Positions 1 through 8,946 of a stretch of 30,299 nucleotides of DNA are shown one piece after another. The position numbers and the translations under genes are program-made. Every line of letters begins with the position of its first letter. Positions within the stretch are counted from its first letter, which is position 1. Source of the stretch: a virus (Duplodnaviria > Caudoviricetes); IMG/VR virus record IMGVR_UViG_3300009095_000049, positions 1-30,299 of that record; one strand, 5' to 3'. Under the pieces are notes generated by a model that was given only the letters and a program-made list of their open reading frames with translations, searched no databases and was not told where the DNA came from.

Positions 1-908
1 CGTACGACCGGTTTGTTCGGTTCGCGCTGCGGTCCACGCCTATGTTCCGCATGATTGCGGACAGTTCTCCGGCTCAACAGGCTATGCCTGGCAGCTCGGT
101 CGTTACGCAGTTCTATAACGACCTTTCGCCGCAGACTGCGGAGCTTTCCGAGACGATCGATCCGGATGCCGTTGGTGTGCCGTCTACGAGCAGCGTCACC
201 ATTACTCTTCGCGAGTATGGCAATGTTGTTCTGAAGACTCGGAAGCTTCAGCTCTTCTCGCTGTCTGACGTTGATTCCGGTATCGCCAACATTCTCGCCT
301 ACAACATGCGCGATTCGCTGGACGAGATTGTCAGGCCGACCCTGGTTGGTGGCACCAATCAGGTCCGCATGAACAATGGTGCCCTGAAGTCTAACCTTCT
401 GGCCGGCGCCAGCGCCGGCACTGTCGGTGGGATCAAGGCTACCGACATCTTCAACTCGAAGATGGTTCGTTTCGCGGTCGCGAAGCTCCGCGCCGGCAAG
501 GTCATTCCTCGACAGGGCGACCTTTACGCTTGCATGCTTCACCCTGACCAGTCGCACGACCTTCGGGCCGAGACTGGCGGCGCTGCGTGGCGTGACCCGC
601 ACAACCTTGGCGGCCCTGACTCGATCTGGCAGGGCAACATCGGTATCTACGAGGGCGCTTACTTCGTTGAGTCTCCTCGCATCTACACCAATACCGATGG
701 CGAAGGTTCGGCTACCGTTTACCGGTCGCTGTTCTTCGGTCGCGAGGCGCTTGCCGAAGCGGTCGCCGAAGAGCCGCACACCGTCATCGGTAACGTCACT
801 GACAAGCTGATGAGGATGCGTCCTGTCGGCTGGTACGGCGTTCTCGGCTGGTCTCGCTTCCGCGAGGCCGCGCTGATCCGTGGCGAGTCGGCTAGCTCCA
901 TCAGCTAG
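1..908 (+). CDS. Major capsid protein (N4-gp56-like family), 5'-truncated by the window edge
   Basis: The frame is open from the window start (YDRFVRFALRSTPM...). Motifs VTITLREYGN, LHPDQSHDLR, GNIGIYEGAYFVES and DKLMRMRPVGWYG resemble this capsid family. It is followed by a hairpin and structural genes. Confidence 0.85.
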   Translation, partial: YDRFVRFALRSTPMFRMIADSSPAQQAMPGSSVVTQFYNDLSPQTAELSETIDPDAVGVPSTSSVTITLREYGNVVLKTRKLQLFSLSDVDSGIANILAYNMRDSLDEIVRPTLVGGTNQVRMNNGALKSNLLAGASAGTVGGIKATDIFNSKMVRFAVAKLRAGKVIPRQGDLYACMLHPDQSHDLRAETGGAAWRDPHNLGGPDSIWQGNIGIYEGAYFVESPRIYTNTDGEGSATVYRSLFFGREALAEAVAEEPHTVIGNVTDKLMRMRPVGWYGVLGWSRFREAALIRGESASSIS

Positions 909-920
909 GCGCGATTCTAA

Positions 921-940
921 GGGCTCGGGAAACCGAGCCC
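921..940 (+). terminator. Hairpin after the capsid gene
   Basis: GGGCTCGG-GAAA-CCGAGCCC, a perfect 8-bp stem with a GNRA loop, 13 nt after the stop. No strong U-tract. Confidence 0.6.
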
Positions 941-1028
941 TACCCTTCTCTACCCCCACGACCTAAAAGGCCGTCAGATTCTTTCCCCTTCAGCGGGGAG
1001 AGGCTATCTGGCGGCCTTCGGTATCTTC

Positions 1029-1442
1029 ATGGCTAATGCACTGTACGACTCCGCTCGCGAGAGCTTCCTATCGGGCAACCTCGATTGGCTGACAGACAAC
1101 ATCAAGGTTGTGCTCGTGGAGGGCTACACGCCCGACACCGCGACGCACGACTTCCTTGACGATGTGACCGGCGCCGGAGGCGGCACCATTGCCGCCACAA
1201 GTGGCAACTTCGCCAACAAAACCGCTACCGCGGGCGTCGCTGACGCCGATGATGTCACCCTTTCCGAAGTGCCCGCGGGTGATCCTTGTGACCATCTGGT
1301 CATCTATAAGGACACCGGCACCGACAGCACCTCTGACCTTATCGCGGTTATCGACACTGCCACCGGATTGCCTCTCACGCCCAACGGCGGCGATGTGACC
1401 ATCCAGTGGGACGAAGGCGCGAACAAGATTTTCAAGCTCTGA
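1029..1442 (+). CDS. Virion structural protein
   Basis: 137 aa, acidic and G/T/A-rich. MANALYD...PNGGDVTIQWD...KIFKL resembles a common phage structural family. Located in the structural operon. Confidence 0.65.
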   Translation: MANALYDSARESFLSGNLDWLTDNIKVVLVEGYTPDTATHDFLDDVTGAGGGTIAATSGNFANKTATAGVADADDVTLSEVPAGDPCDHLVIYKDTGTDSTSDLIAVIDTATGLPLTPNGGDVTIQWDEGANKIFKL

Positions 1443-1447
1443 TATAG

Positions 1448-2812
1448 ATGGCGACTTACGCCGCTTCCAGTCAGGCATCAAGCCAAAGCTCCCCTTACAA
1501 CATCGCCCGCCCTTCAGGCGTTGTCGAGGGCACCTACATGGTTGCCGCCATCAACAACGATGTTGGCAATAATGGCAGCGGTATCGGCATCTCCGGCGGG
1601 ACCACCTGGCAAAGTCTGACCTCTGGCGTATCAGGGGAAACCGGCTATCGTCTTTTCTGGAAGATCGCTGGACCTTCCGAGCCTGCGAACTATTCGGTCA
1701 GCTATAACTCGGCAAGCACTGCCTACTCGACGGCTCACATCATCACCAGCAATGACGCTGGCGAGGATGCGCCCGTCTGGCAGATCACCACCACTACAGG
1801 CCAGGGCACTAGCGGCCCAACTCCCGGCATTACTCCTCCGGACCCCACGACACTTGAAGTCCGTCTCATCCTGGCGTCGAATGACACCAACGAATCGCGG
1901 TCTTGGAGTCCGCCGTCTGGTCTCACGGAGAGAACGGATAGACAGGAGAGCGGATGGCCTAGCGGCTCGTCTGCTACTCGCACCCTTTCGTCCGGTAGCG
2001 CCACAAGTAGCCTGAACTTCACGGCTAATGGCCAAGTTCTGGACCGGGTGGGCATCACCGTAGGTATCCCTTCGGCGATCACTGATCAGGACATCCTTCC
2101 CACGGGCATTGCCAGCGAGGAAGCGTTCGGCACGCCGAACGTGGTCCTGGTCATCAGCCCTTCGGGGATCGTCTCGGGTGAAGAGTTCGGCGGGCTGATC
2201 ATCAGCACGCCGCAACCGCAGTTCATCGAAGCCGAAGGCGTCGCCTCCGGTGAAGCGTTCGGCGACCTGACGACGAAGCTCTACCTTGGCCCTTCGGGTA
2301 TCCCGTCAACGACGGTCTTCGGCGCGCCCCGCTTGGCGGCCCTGATCGGACCTGTCGGCATCCCATCAGCCGAGGCTTTCGGGCTCACGAACGCGGCGAT
2401 CGAACAGTTCATCAACCCTTCGGGGGTCGTCTCTGGAGAGGCGTTCGGCGGAACCTCGCTCCAGCTCGGCTACCCGCAGACGATCGAGGTAGTCGGCATC
2501 CCGTCTCACGAGCTAGTCGAAGATCCGACAGTGAAGCTCGTGCACCGCCTAGTGCTCGACAACCCTTCCATTCAGGAGACGCCGGCCGCGTGGGACCGGC
2601 TGAACATCAGGTTCGACATCCATCGCGGAATCACGATCATGAAGGACGCTGACGGCATCTGGTCGTCGGTGCGGTATCCCGCACAGACCGAGATCGAGCA
2701 GGCGATGAAGGTCTATCTCGGCGGTCGCCGGCACACGCTGAGCGTGGCCGAGGCGGAAGAACTCATGGACGCCGGCTACGGCTCCTATATCTCTCTGGAA
2801 GTCATCGAATGA
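1448..2812 (+). CDS. Putative minor tail/virion protein with internal PxGIxSxEAFG repeats
   Basis: 454 aa. S/T/G-rich N-terminal domain followed by about 7 repeats of ~19-21 aa. Confidence 0.6.
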   Translation: MATYAASSQASSQSSPYNIARPSGVVEGTYMVAAINNDVGNNGSGIGISGGTTWQSLTSGVSGETGYRLFWKIAGPSEPANYSVSYNSASTAYSTAHIITSNDAGEDAPVWQITTTTGQGTSGPTPGITPPDPTTLEVRLILASNDTNESRSWSPPSGLTERTDRQESGWPSGSSATRTLSSGSATSSLNFTANGQVLDRVGITVGIPSAITDQDILPTGIASEEAFGTPNVVLVISPSGIVSGEEFGGLIISTPQPQFIEAEGVASGEAFGDLTTKLYLGPSGIPSTTVFGAPRLAALIGPVGIPSAEAFGLTNAAIEQFINPSGVVSGEAFGGTSLQLGYPQTIEVVGIPSHELVEDPTVKLVHRLVLDNPSIQETPAAWDRLNIRFDIHRGITIMKDADGIWSSVRYPAQTEIEQAMKVYLGGRRHTLSVAEAEELMDAGYGSYISLEVIE

Positions 2813-3081
2813 CGTGCATCTCCGCATGCGTGACGAAGGATCACGAATCGTGGGGCGCCTGCCGGCGCGCCCACGGCATCAAGGTCGGTTACTGCCGATC
2901 GGCCACGAACGAGCGCCACGACTACACCGCTGACAAGCGATGGAATCAAGAGCTGGACCTGTATGAGTCCGCTCGCAAGCAGGGCATCCAGCCGGACGGC
3001 ACGCAGACGCGGGCGATCCGCCACGCCCTAGACGAGTCCGATCGGGTCGGCAAGCCGTACGGGGTGCGCGATGCCGCTTGA
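2809..3081 (+). CDS. Hypothetical protein
   Basis: ATGA overlap with the upstream stop. Cys/His-rich N-terminus and an ELDLYESARKQGIQP motif. Confidence 0.65.
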   Translation: MTCISACVTKDHESWGACRRAHGIKVGYCRSATNERHDYTADKRWNQELDLYESARKQGIQPDGTQTRAIRHALDESDRVGKPYGVRDAA

Positions 3082-3319
3082 TCTTCAAGGCGAGCTGAAC
3101 AGACTCGCCGGCACATCTGGCCTAGGTGCCGCAGCCGCGGCCAACGCATGGGCAGGTACGACCGGCCTGGAAGTGGTGGGCGCTCTCAACGCGAAGGCGC
3201 GTGACGATCTCGACTCGTGGCCTTTCGACCAGGACCTACAGGGCGTGTGTAACGCACTGGCCGGCACTGACGGCCTGGCGCCTCCTGGCGCCCTCTCAAC
3301 TATCCCGGACCCCGAATGA
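3071..3319 (+). CDS. Hypothetical virion protein
   Basis: 82 aa, Ala/Gly-rich with an internal (C/L)NxLAGTxGL repeat. Overlaps both neighbours. Confidence 0.6.
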   Translation: MPLDLQGELNRLAGTSGLGAAAAANAWAGTTGLEVVGALNAKARDDLDSWPFDQDLQGVCNALAGTDGLAPPGALSTIPDPE

Positions 3320-4209
3320 ACCTTTCCCAGCTCGCAGAGCGAGTCATTGCCTATCTACAGGGCTTCAGCCGAGACCAGGAAGAGAAGACCTGGATTCTCT
3401 CCGGCGTCGCTGACAGCGATCTCACATTCCGTGTGAACGACCCGAAGATGGTCAGCGGTGGCATGTGTGAGATTGAAGACGAACTTGTATGGGTTTCGCG
3501 CGTCGATAACTCGACTGGTGATGTGACGGTGGCGCCTTTCGGGCGCGGCTATCTAGGCACGACCGCGGCGGCGCATGACGCTAACGCCTGTATCACCAAC
3601 AGCCCGAAGTATCCGAAGAGTCAAGTCAAGCAGGCGATCAACGATGCCATTCGGGGCGTCTATCCCGATCTGCACGTGCTAGGAAGTCACGAGTTCAACT
3701 ATGTGGCCGCTCGCACCACGTACGAGCTGCCCGAAGACGTTGACCTCGTTCACTCGGTGACGACGGAAACGATCGGCCCAACAAGGCGTTGGGCGAACCT
3801 CGTTCGCTGGCGCTACAACCCGCAAGCCGACACCGACCGATTCCCCTCCGGGAAGAGCCTCGATATCTATCAAGAGCCCGTCGCAGGCCAGAAGGTTCGG
3901 ATCACCTACCTGAAGCCGCCGGCACCATTCGAGGATTCGACTACAGAGTTCGCCACGGCTACCGGCCTGAACGCGACCGCGGAAGATTGCATCGTCTACG
4001 GGGCTTGTTTCCGCCTCGTCGGCCTGCTTGAAACTCCCCGCCTGCAAATCTCGGCTATCGAGCAGCAGCTAAGAAGTCAGGTGGTCCGTCCCGGCGAGAC
4101 GCAGCATGCGGCGCGGCACTTCCTTCAGCTCTATCAGCTCGCTCTCATGAGCGAGCGCGAGCGTCTGCATCGAGCCAACCCCGCCTCTAGCCACTTTAGG
4201 TATCTGTAA
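3316..4209 (+). CDS. Putative tail adaptor / tubular protein A-like
   Basis: 297 aa. RGYLGTTAAAH and INDAIR motifs, and position between capsid and tail genes. Function inferred from synteny. Confidence 0.5.
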   Translation: MNLSQLAERVIAYLQGFSRDQEEKTWILSGVADSDLTFRVNDPKMVSGGMCEIEDELVWVSRVDNSTGDVTVAPFGRGYLGTTAAAHDANACITNSPKYPKSQVKQAINDAIRGVYPDLHVLGSHEFNYVAARTTYELPEDVDLVHSVTTETIGPTRRWANLVRWRYNPQADTDRFPSGKSLDIYQEPVAGQKVRITYLKPPAPFEDSTTEFATATGLNATAEDCIVYGACFRLVGLLETPRLQISAIEQQLRSQVVRPGETQHAARHFLQLYQLALMSERERLHRANPASSHFRYL

Positions 4210-5223
4210 ATGGCACGCAACTATTCAAACGTCGCCGAAGAGACGACTCTATCGACTGCCATCAACAGCAGCGATACGGCTATCACGGTCGGCTCGAACA
4301 CGGGCTATCCAGCCACTCCCTACACGATCATTATTGATCCCGGTCTAGCCACGGAAGAGGTTTGCGACGTTTCCAGTGTCGCCGGGACCACGTGGACGAT
4401 CGTCCGCGGCGTGGACGGCACGCCGGCCAGCTCGCACGATTCTGGGGCGGTCGTCGTTCACGGCTATTCGGCCCGGGACCTGCGCGACATTCAGGATCAC
4501 ATCGCTGACAGCACGGGCGTTCACGGTCTGGGGTCCGCCTCTAGCGTTGTCGGCACGACCGACACGCAAACGCTTACCAATAAGACGCTCACGAGCCCGA
4601 CGATTTCGGGCGGCACCCTGACGGGTGTCACGTTCGGCTCTGGTCTCACTTTTCAGTCCCCGACGCTGGTCACTCCCACGATCGCCAGTTTCGTCAATGC
4701 GCAGCACGACCACAGTGACGCCGCGAATGGCGGCGAGATCGAGAGCAGCGGCGGCGGAAGCGGTTCTTCCGGGCTGGCTTATCGGCGTTCGTCCACTTCT
4801 GATCAGGAAATCAATCTCAGCAGCCTCAATGACGGTGGTGCGGTCGCCATTTCTTTCGGCACGCTGGATTACAATGTGGGCGGTAATACCACGTGGGCAG
4901 TCAGTAGCGGCAATACTCGCATCACTCTTCCGAGCGACGTAGACGATGCCGTATGGCACGTCTCCGTGTCTGTGCTCGTGTCGGTGGAATCCGAGTTTGA
5001 CGCGCACTACATCAATATCGTTCATCAGGATCACGGCGTGATCGCCAATGCCGGCGACGCTATTGCGGTCACCAGTAACACGGTGCAGCGGCGATACAGT
5101 TGCAGTACGGATTTCCAGGCGAACAGCGGACGATGGATTGAGGTTCGCATTGCCTCCGCCGAAGAGGTCCCCACTAGCGTTCAAATGGAACGCCGTAGCA
5201 TCTCCATTCACAGGGTGGCGTAA
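4210..5223 (+). CDS. Tail fibre / minor tail protein
   Basis: 337 aa. N-terminal TIVRGVDGTPASSH and TDTQTLTNKTLTSPTI motifs typical of fibre N-termini, a Gly/Ser hinge, then a beta-rich C-terminal domain. Confidence 0.65.
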   Translation: MARNYSNVAEETTLSTAINSSDTAITVGSNTGYPATPYTIIIDPGLATEEVCDVSSVAGTTWTIVRGVDGTPASSHDSGAVVVHGYSARDLRDIQDHIADSTGVHGLGSASSVVGTTDTQTLTNKTLTSPTISGGTLTGVTFGSGLTFQSPTLVTPTIASFVNAQHDHSDAANGGEIESSGGGSGSSGLAYRRSSTSDQEINLSSLNDGGAVAISFGTLDYNVGGNTTWAVSSGNTRITLPSDVDDAVWHVSVSVLVSVESEFDAHYINIVHQDHGVIANAGDAIAVTSNTVQRRYSCSTDFQANSGRWIEVRIASAEEVPTSVQMERRSISIHRVA

Positions 5224-7115
5224 TGCCTAGGCCGCACAGTGCCATCACCGGCACTCTACCGAGGCCACTCTTTCGCGCACCGACCGCCGCGAATCCTTAC
5301 CGGGATTATCTCAACACGTTTGATTATGCGATCGGTGGTGTTCCTTTCCGGGCGGACGTGAGTCCGGATAACCCGCTCGTGCGCTCGTCTGCACAGTTCC
5401 GTAAGGATCAGTTCGACAACGGCCTTGAGCCTGGCGAGCAGTCTCTTTCCGGCTGGTGGCTTCGCTCGCAGTCGTCCTGGCATCTCGGCGCCGGCATCGT
5501 CAACAGCGATGTCCGGTTGGACGAGACGGCGGAGTTTCGTTACTCCGATTCAGAGGGCGTCGATCCGTGGGACGAAGGACAGGTAAAGCTTCTGCACAAG
5601 ATGACCAACGTCGCCGCGGGCTCCGGTTCGGTGCTGGCTGTGGGGGTCGTCGGCAACGCCGATGGTGTGCTGTACGCCGATGGTGACGCCCTCTACTTCG
5701 TTGACGACGACGGAGCCGAAGAGATCACCTGGGGCGGATCGTCCACGATTCTGAGCATCACCACCGATGGAGCGAACTGGTATGCCGCCGCGAGCGATGG
5801 CATCTACTCCGGCCCGCTGACCGGAACCACCGACGGCTCAAAGCTCTGGACGATCAGCGCCGCGGCGGCTGTCATCCGGTGGTGCAAGGGGCGCCTGATC
5901 GGCGGCATTAACAACGGCATTTATGAGCTGGTCGCCACGGGCGGCAGTGCCCCCCACGAGCTACCCACCGCCGCATACTCGCATCCTGTCACGTCGTGGA
6001 CATGGACAGGGATCAGCGAGGGACCCGAAGCCATCTACGCCATCGGGCATGGCGGCACAGAGAGCTTCGTCTTGAAGCTGGCGCTGAACACGTCCGGCGC
6101 CCTGCCGACGTTGACGGTCGCCACAGTGGCAGCCGAGCTGCCGCGTGGAGAGCTGGGAACGGCTCTCTATACCTACGTCGGCAAGTTCTTGTGCGTCGGC
6201 ACTTCCAAGGGTGTCCGCATCGCTATCGTCGGCGCGACCGGCGACATCGACTATGGTCCTCTGATCTCGACGCCGGCCGCGGTGCTGGATTTCGTGGCGA
6301 TGGACCACTACATTTTCGCCGGCTTCACCGGGGGCTTCTCCGATGAAACGTCGGGCGCTCTGCGCATCGACCTGGCCGAGCCGCTGGGGACGGGAAGGTA
6401 CCCGTACGCCAAGGATTCGATGGTTCACCTGCCGGGCGACGTGACCGGCGTGACGACGTTCGGGCGTGCCGAACGTCTGGTTCTCGCGGTCGCCGGCCGC
6501 GGGCTCTTCATCGAGTCCACGACGGAGTATGAGCAATCCGGTTGGTTTGAGACCGGTCGCATCCGCCATAACACGTTGTGGCCGAAGCTCTTCAAGCGCT
6601 TCAGAATCAAGGCTGACCTTGACGGCCCGATCGCTGTCGCGTCGGTAGACGACAACGGGAACCGCACTTTGCTGGCCTCCGTCTCGTCGGCTGCGCAGCA
6701 AGACGAAGACTTGCCCATCAACGTGCCGACAACTCCGCAGGAGTTCATTCAGCTTCGCTTCACGCTTTCGACTCCCGCGGGCGATGCGACGAAGACGCCG
6801 ATCCTTCGCGGCTATCAGGTGAAGAGTCTGCCGGGCGGCCCGAGGCCGCGCCGATATGTGATTCCTCTCCGGTGCTATGACAGCGAAATGGATGTCAACG
6901 GGGTGCGCTCCGGATATCCGGGGTTCGGGCTCGAACGCCTCCAAGACATGGAAGCGCTCGACAGCGCCGGCGAAGTGGTCCTCTTCGAGGACCTGGCGGC
7001 CGGCACCGCCGAGCCTGTGACCATTGAGCAGATCGAGTTTCGTCAGCTCGTGTCGCCGCAGCCGCGGGAGTCGTGGGGCGGGGTTTTGACGGTCGAGCTA
7101 AGGACGCTGAATTGA
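5223..7115 (+). CDS. Putative tail nozzle / tubular protein B-like (beta-propeller-like)
   Basis: 630 aa, rich in short beta-strand patterns, with a GEQSLSGWWLRSQSSWHLGAG motif. Last large structural gene. Function inferred. Confidence 0.5.
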   Translation: MPRPHSAITGTLPRPLFRAPTAANPYRDYLNTFDYAIGGVPFRADVSPDNPLVRSSAQFRKDQFDNGLEPGEQSLSGWWLRSQSSWHLGAGIVNSDVRLDETAEFRYSDSEGVDPWDEGQVKLLHKMTNVAAGSGSVLAVGVVGNADGVLYADGDALYFVDDDGAEEITWGGSSTILSITTDGANWYAAASDGIYSGPLTGTTDGSKLWTISAAAAVIRWCKGRLIGGINNGIYELVATGGSAPHELPTAAYSHPVTSWTWTGISEGPEAIYAIGHGGTESFVLKLALNTSGALPTLTVATVAAELPRGELGTALYTYVGKFLCVGTSKGVRIAIVGATGDIDYGPLISTPAAVLDFVAMDHYIFAGFTGGFSDETSGALRIDLAEPLGTGRYPYAKDSMVHLPGDVTGVTTFGRAERLVLAVAGRGLFIESTTEYEQSGWFETGRIRHNTLWPKLFKRFRIKADLDGPIAVASVDDNGNRTLLASVSSAAQQDEDLPINVPTTPQEFIQLRFTLSTPAGDATKTPILRGYQVKSLPGGPRPRRYVIPLRCYDSEMDVNGVRSGYPGFGLERLQDMEALDSAGEVVLFEDLAAGTAEPVTIEQIEFRQLVSPQPRESWGGVLTVELRTLN

Positions 7116-7510
7116 TCGGCGCCGAGATTATCGCCACGGTCGTGGCCGCGGCTGTCATCGGCGCGGGCGCATGGATGTTCCGCGTCTTCAAGCGCGGCCT
7201 GATCGCCTATCTGAATGCGCAGTTCACCCCCAACGGAGGGAACAGCGTCGCTGACCGTATCGACAGACTAGAGAAGTCGGTAAGCCTGCTTACCGAGCGA
7301 GCAAAGGAGACGGGTTGTCTGCCTGGCTGTCCGCGGCTGCACGCATACCAGCCTATGCCGATGGCGGCGCACTCACCGCAATGGACCCACGATGTCTATG
7401 GGTGGCGTCCCATCTCGGAGCCGAGTATTCCGCCCGTCTCACAGCCGAGTATTCCCATGCCTTCGTTCGTTCCCCCCACATCATCTATGACCCCCGAAAC
7501 GATGAGGTGA
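7112..7510 (+). CDS. Membrane protein, holin-like candidate
   Basis: TTG start overlapping the upstream stop. One N-terminal TM segment (IIATVVAAAVIGAGAWMF), then PNGGNSVADRIDRLE, a motif common in actinophage lysis-region membrane proteins. Confidence 0.55.
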   Translation: MIGAEIIATVVAAAVIGAGAWMFRVFKRGLIAYLNAQFTPNGGNSVADRIDRLEKSVSLLTERAKETGCLPGCPRLHAYQPMPMAAHSPQWTHDVYGWRPISEPSIPPVSQPSIPMPSFVPPTSSMTPETMR

Positions 7511-7794
7511 TTCAGATGTTGCCCGCGGACAGGCGGGCGACATGGGTCAAGAGTGAAGGTGTTCAAATCGTCGTGTGCGAGCCGACGCCGGAGGCGCCGT
7601 TCCCGCCGAAGGGGCGGGAATTTGAGAGCCTTTCAGGGCTTCAGGGTGTTCTAGGCTGGCTCCGCGATTTGGGCGTCCCAGATTTCTGCCCTCTCGGCCC
7701 TGCGGTGCCGAGCATGCCGAAGGCGGCCGGCAAGGCTGCCGGCCACTATTCAAGCGAAGGAAAGATTGATGTCTCCAGACTTCTGGCGCGATGA
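7315..7794 (+). CDS. Amidase-like protein, apparently degenerate
   Basis: AAAGGAG SD before TTG. SPHIIYDP...VIQMLPADRRA and VQIVV resemble actinophage N-acetylmuramoyl-L-alanine amidases, but the first Zn-ligand His position reads LWVAS. Confidence 0.45.
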   Translation: MSAWLSAAARIPAYADGGALTAMDPRCLWVASHLGAEYSARLTAEYSHAFVRSPHIIYDPRNDEVIQMLPADRRATWVKSEGVQIVVCEPTPEAPFPPKGREFESLSGLQGVLGWLRDLGVPDFCPLGPAVPSMPKAAGKAAGHYSSEGKIDVSRLLAR

Positions 7795-7882
7795 CGAGTT
7801 CCCCGACGAGTTCCCCGAAGAGGCCGACGTCCCCGAAGGGGTTGAGGGCGAGGAAGAGGAATACGACGATGGCGAAGAGTAA
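7769..7882 (+). CDS. 37-aa highly acidic peptide (not in the ORF track)
   Basis: GAAGGAAAG then ATG. Reads MSPDFWRDDEFPDEFPEEADVPEGVEGEEEEYDDGEE* and overlaps both neighbours. Confidence 0.5.
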   Translation: MSPDFWRDDEFPDEFPEEADVPEGVEGEEEEYDDGEE

Positions 7883-8480
7883 GACCAAGCTCGTCACGTC
7901 GATCGGGAAGAAGCTCGTCGCCCACTACGGGCGACCGAACAAGTTCATCACCTGGTGGTGTGAACCGCGCGGGCTCAAGGGCTCATGGCTGACGGCTCCG
8001 TGGTGCGCCATGTTCGCGAGCTACGTCTACCGCTCTGCCGGCCTGGCGAAGCAGGCAGGGCAATTCGCGTATTGCCCTTCGTGGGTGTCCTGGCTGAAGT
8101 CTAAGAAGCGTTGGGGGAGCAAGCCGAAGGTTGGCGCCCTGGTCTTCTACTCGTGGAAGGCGAACGGCGTCGCCGATCATGTCGGCATCGTGACCGCGGT
8201 CGGCGCGAGCACGATCAAGAGCCTCGAAGGCAACACCACGAAGAGCGGCGCCAAGAATTGGGTAGCCGTGCAGACGCGCCAGCGCGACAAGACGATCCTT
8301 GGCTACGGCTACGTTGACGACGAGAAGCCGGCACGTACCTATACCGTGCGCAAGGGTGACAACCTGTCCAAGATCGCCAAGCTCTACGGGACGACCTGGC
8401 AGAAGCTCTACGCCAAGAACAAGAGCGTGCTTGGAAGTAAGCCCAGCCTTATTAAGCCTGGTCAGGTGCTAGTCGTATAA
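7869..8480 (+). CDS. Endolysin: CHAP peptidase plus C-terminal LysM
   Basis: PWCAMFAS (catalytic Cys), DHVGIV (His), EGNT. LysM domain YTVRKGDNLSKIAKLYGTTWQKL...LIKPGQVL. ATG 7869 follows GAGGA. Confidence 0.9.
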   Translation: MAKSKTKLVTSIGKKLVAHYGRPNKFITWWCEPRGLKGSWLTAPWCAMFASYVYRSAGLAKQAGQFAYCPSWVSWLKSKKRWGSKPKVGALVFYSWKANGVADHVGIVTAVGASTIKSLEGNTTKSGAKNWVAVQTRQRDKTILGYGYVDDEKPARTYTVRKGDNLSKIAKLYGTTWQKLYAKNKSVLGSKPSLIKPGQVLVV

Positions 8481-8753
8481 GGAATCCAGCCACGCCTGCC
8501 GGGCTTCCGCCTGGCGGGCATGTGCTATCGCGTACTCGGCCTTCGCTACAAGGTCGGCGTCGAAGCACGTCGGGTTAGCCGCGACGTAAGTCGCGTAGGC
8601 TTCCCTTCCGGCTAGATCGTCCTGTCTTTCTCCTAACTTTTCGGCTACGTCGTAAACCTTCGCGCATGCGTCGGCGACGGGTTGGGCCGGCGCTGCGCAC
8701 GCCGTTGCGCAAAGCAGCGTGATCAGCATAAGGACTCGCCTGGAACGAAACAT
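8469..8753 (-). CDS. Putative lipoprotein
   Basis: GGAGG SD. MFRSRR plus a hydrophobic stretch plus ATAC (lipobox-like). Confidence 0.6.
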   Translation of the reverse strand: MFRSRRVLMLITLLCATACAAPAQPVADACAKVYDVAEKLGERQDDLAGREAYATYVAANPTCFDADLVAKAEYAIAHARQAEARQAWLDSLYD

Positions 8754-8868
8754 TCGGCCTCCCTGAATCTTGCCTGTGTGTAGCCATGCCTGGTAGCGTG
8801 CGGAAGGAAACATACCGTAATGCACGTTTACGGGAGGCGCTATCAGCCATCAAGGGCTAGAAAAGGGA

Positions 8869-8899
8869 AGGGCTCCCGCCTCTAGAAAGCGGGAGCCCT
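8869..8899 (-). terminator. Intrinsic terminator downstream of the integrase
   Basis: AGGGCTCCCGC-9nt-GCGGGAGCCCT, an 11-bp stem followed on the minus strand by TCCCTTTT. Confidence 0.65.
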
Positions 8900-8946
8900 A
8901 GAAACCATCGCTACCCCCGAGGGGGTTGCTCACGCAATGGTGTGCC

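Noticed and set aside
4345-6944. Long antisense ORFs (4345-5211, 5961-6944; likewise 20638-21651, 13284-14003, 17785-18528)
   Set aside because: Shadow frames of well-supported + strand genes, expected in high-GC DNA.
7791-7868. N-terminal extension of the endolysin (MTSSPTSSPK...)
   Set aside because: Better explained as the alternative frame of the acidic peptide; ATG 7869 has a good SD.
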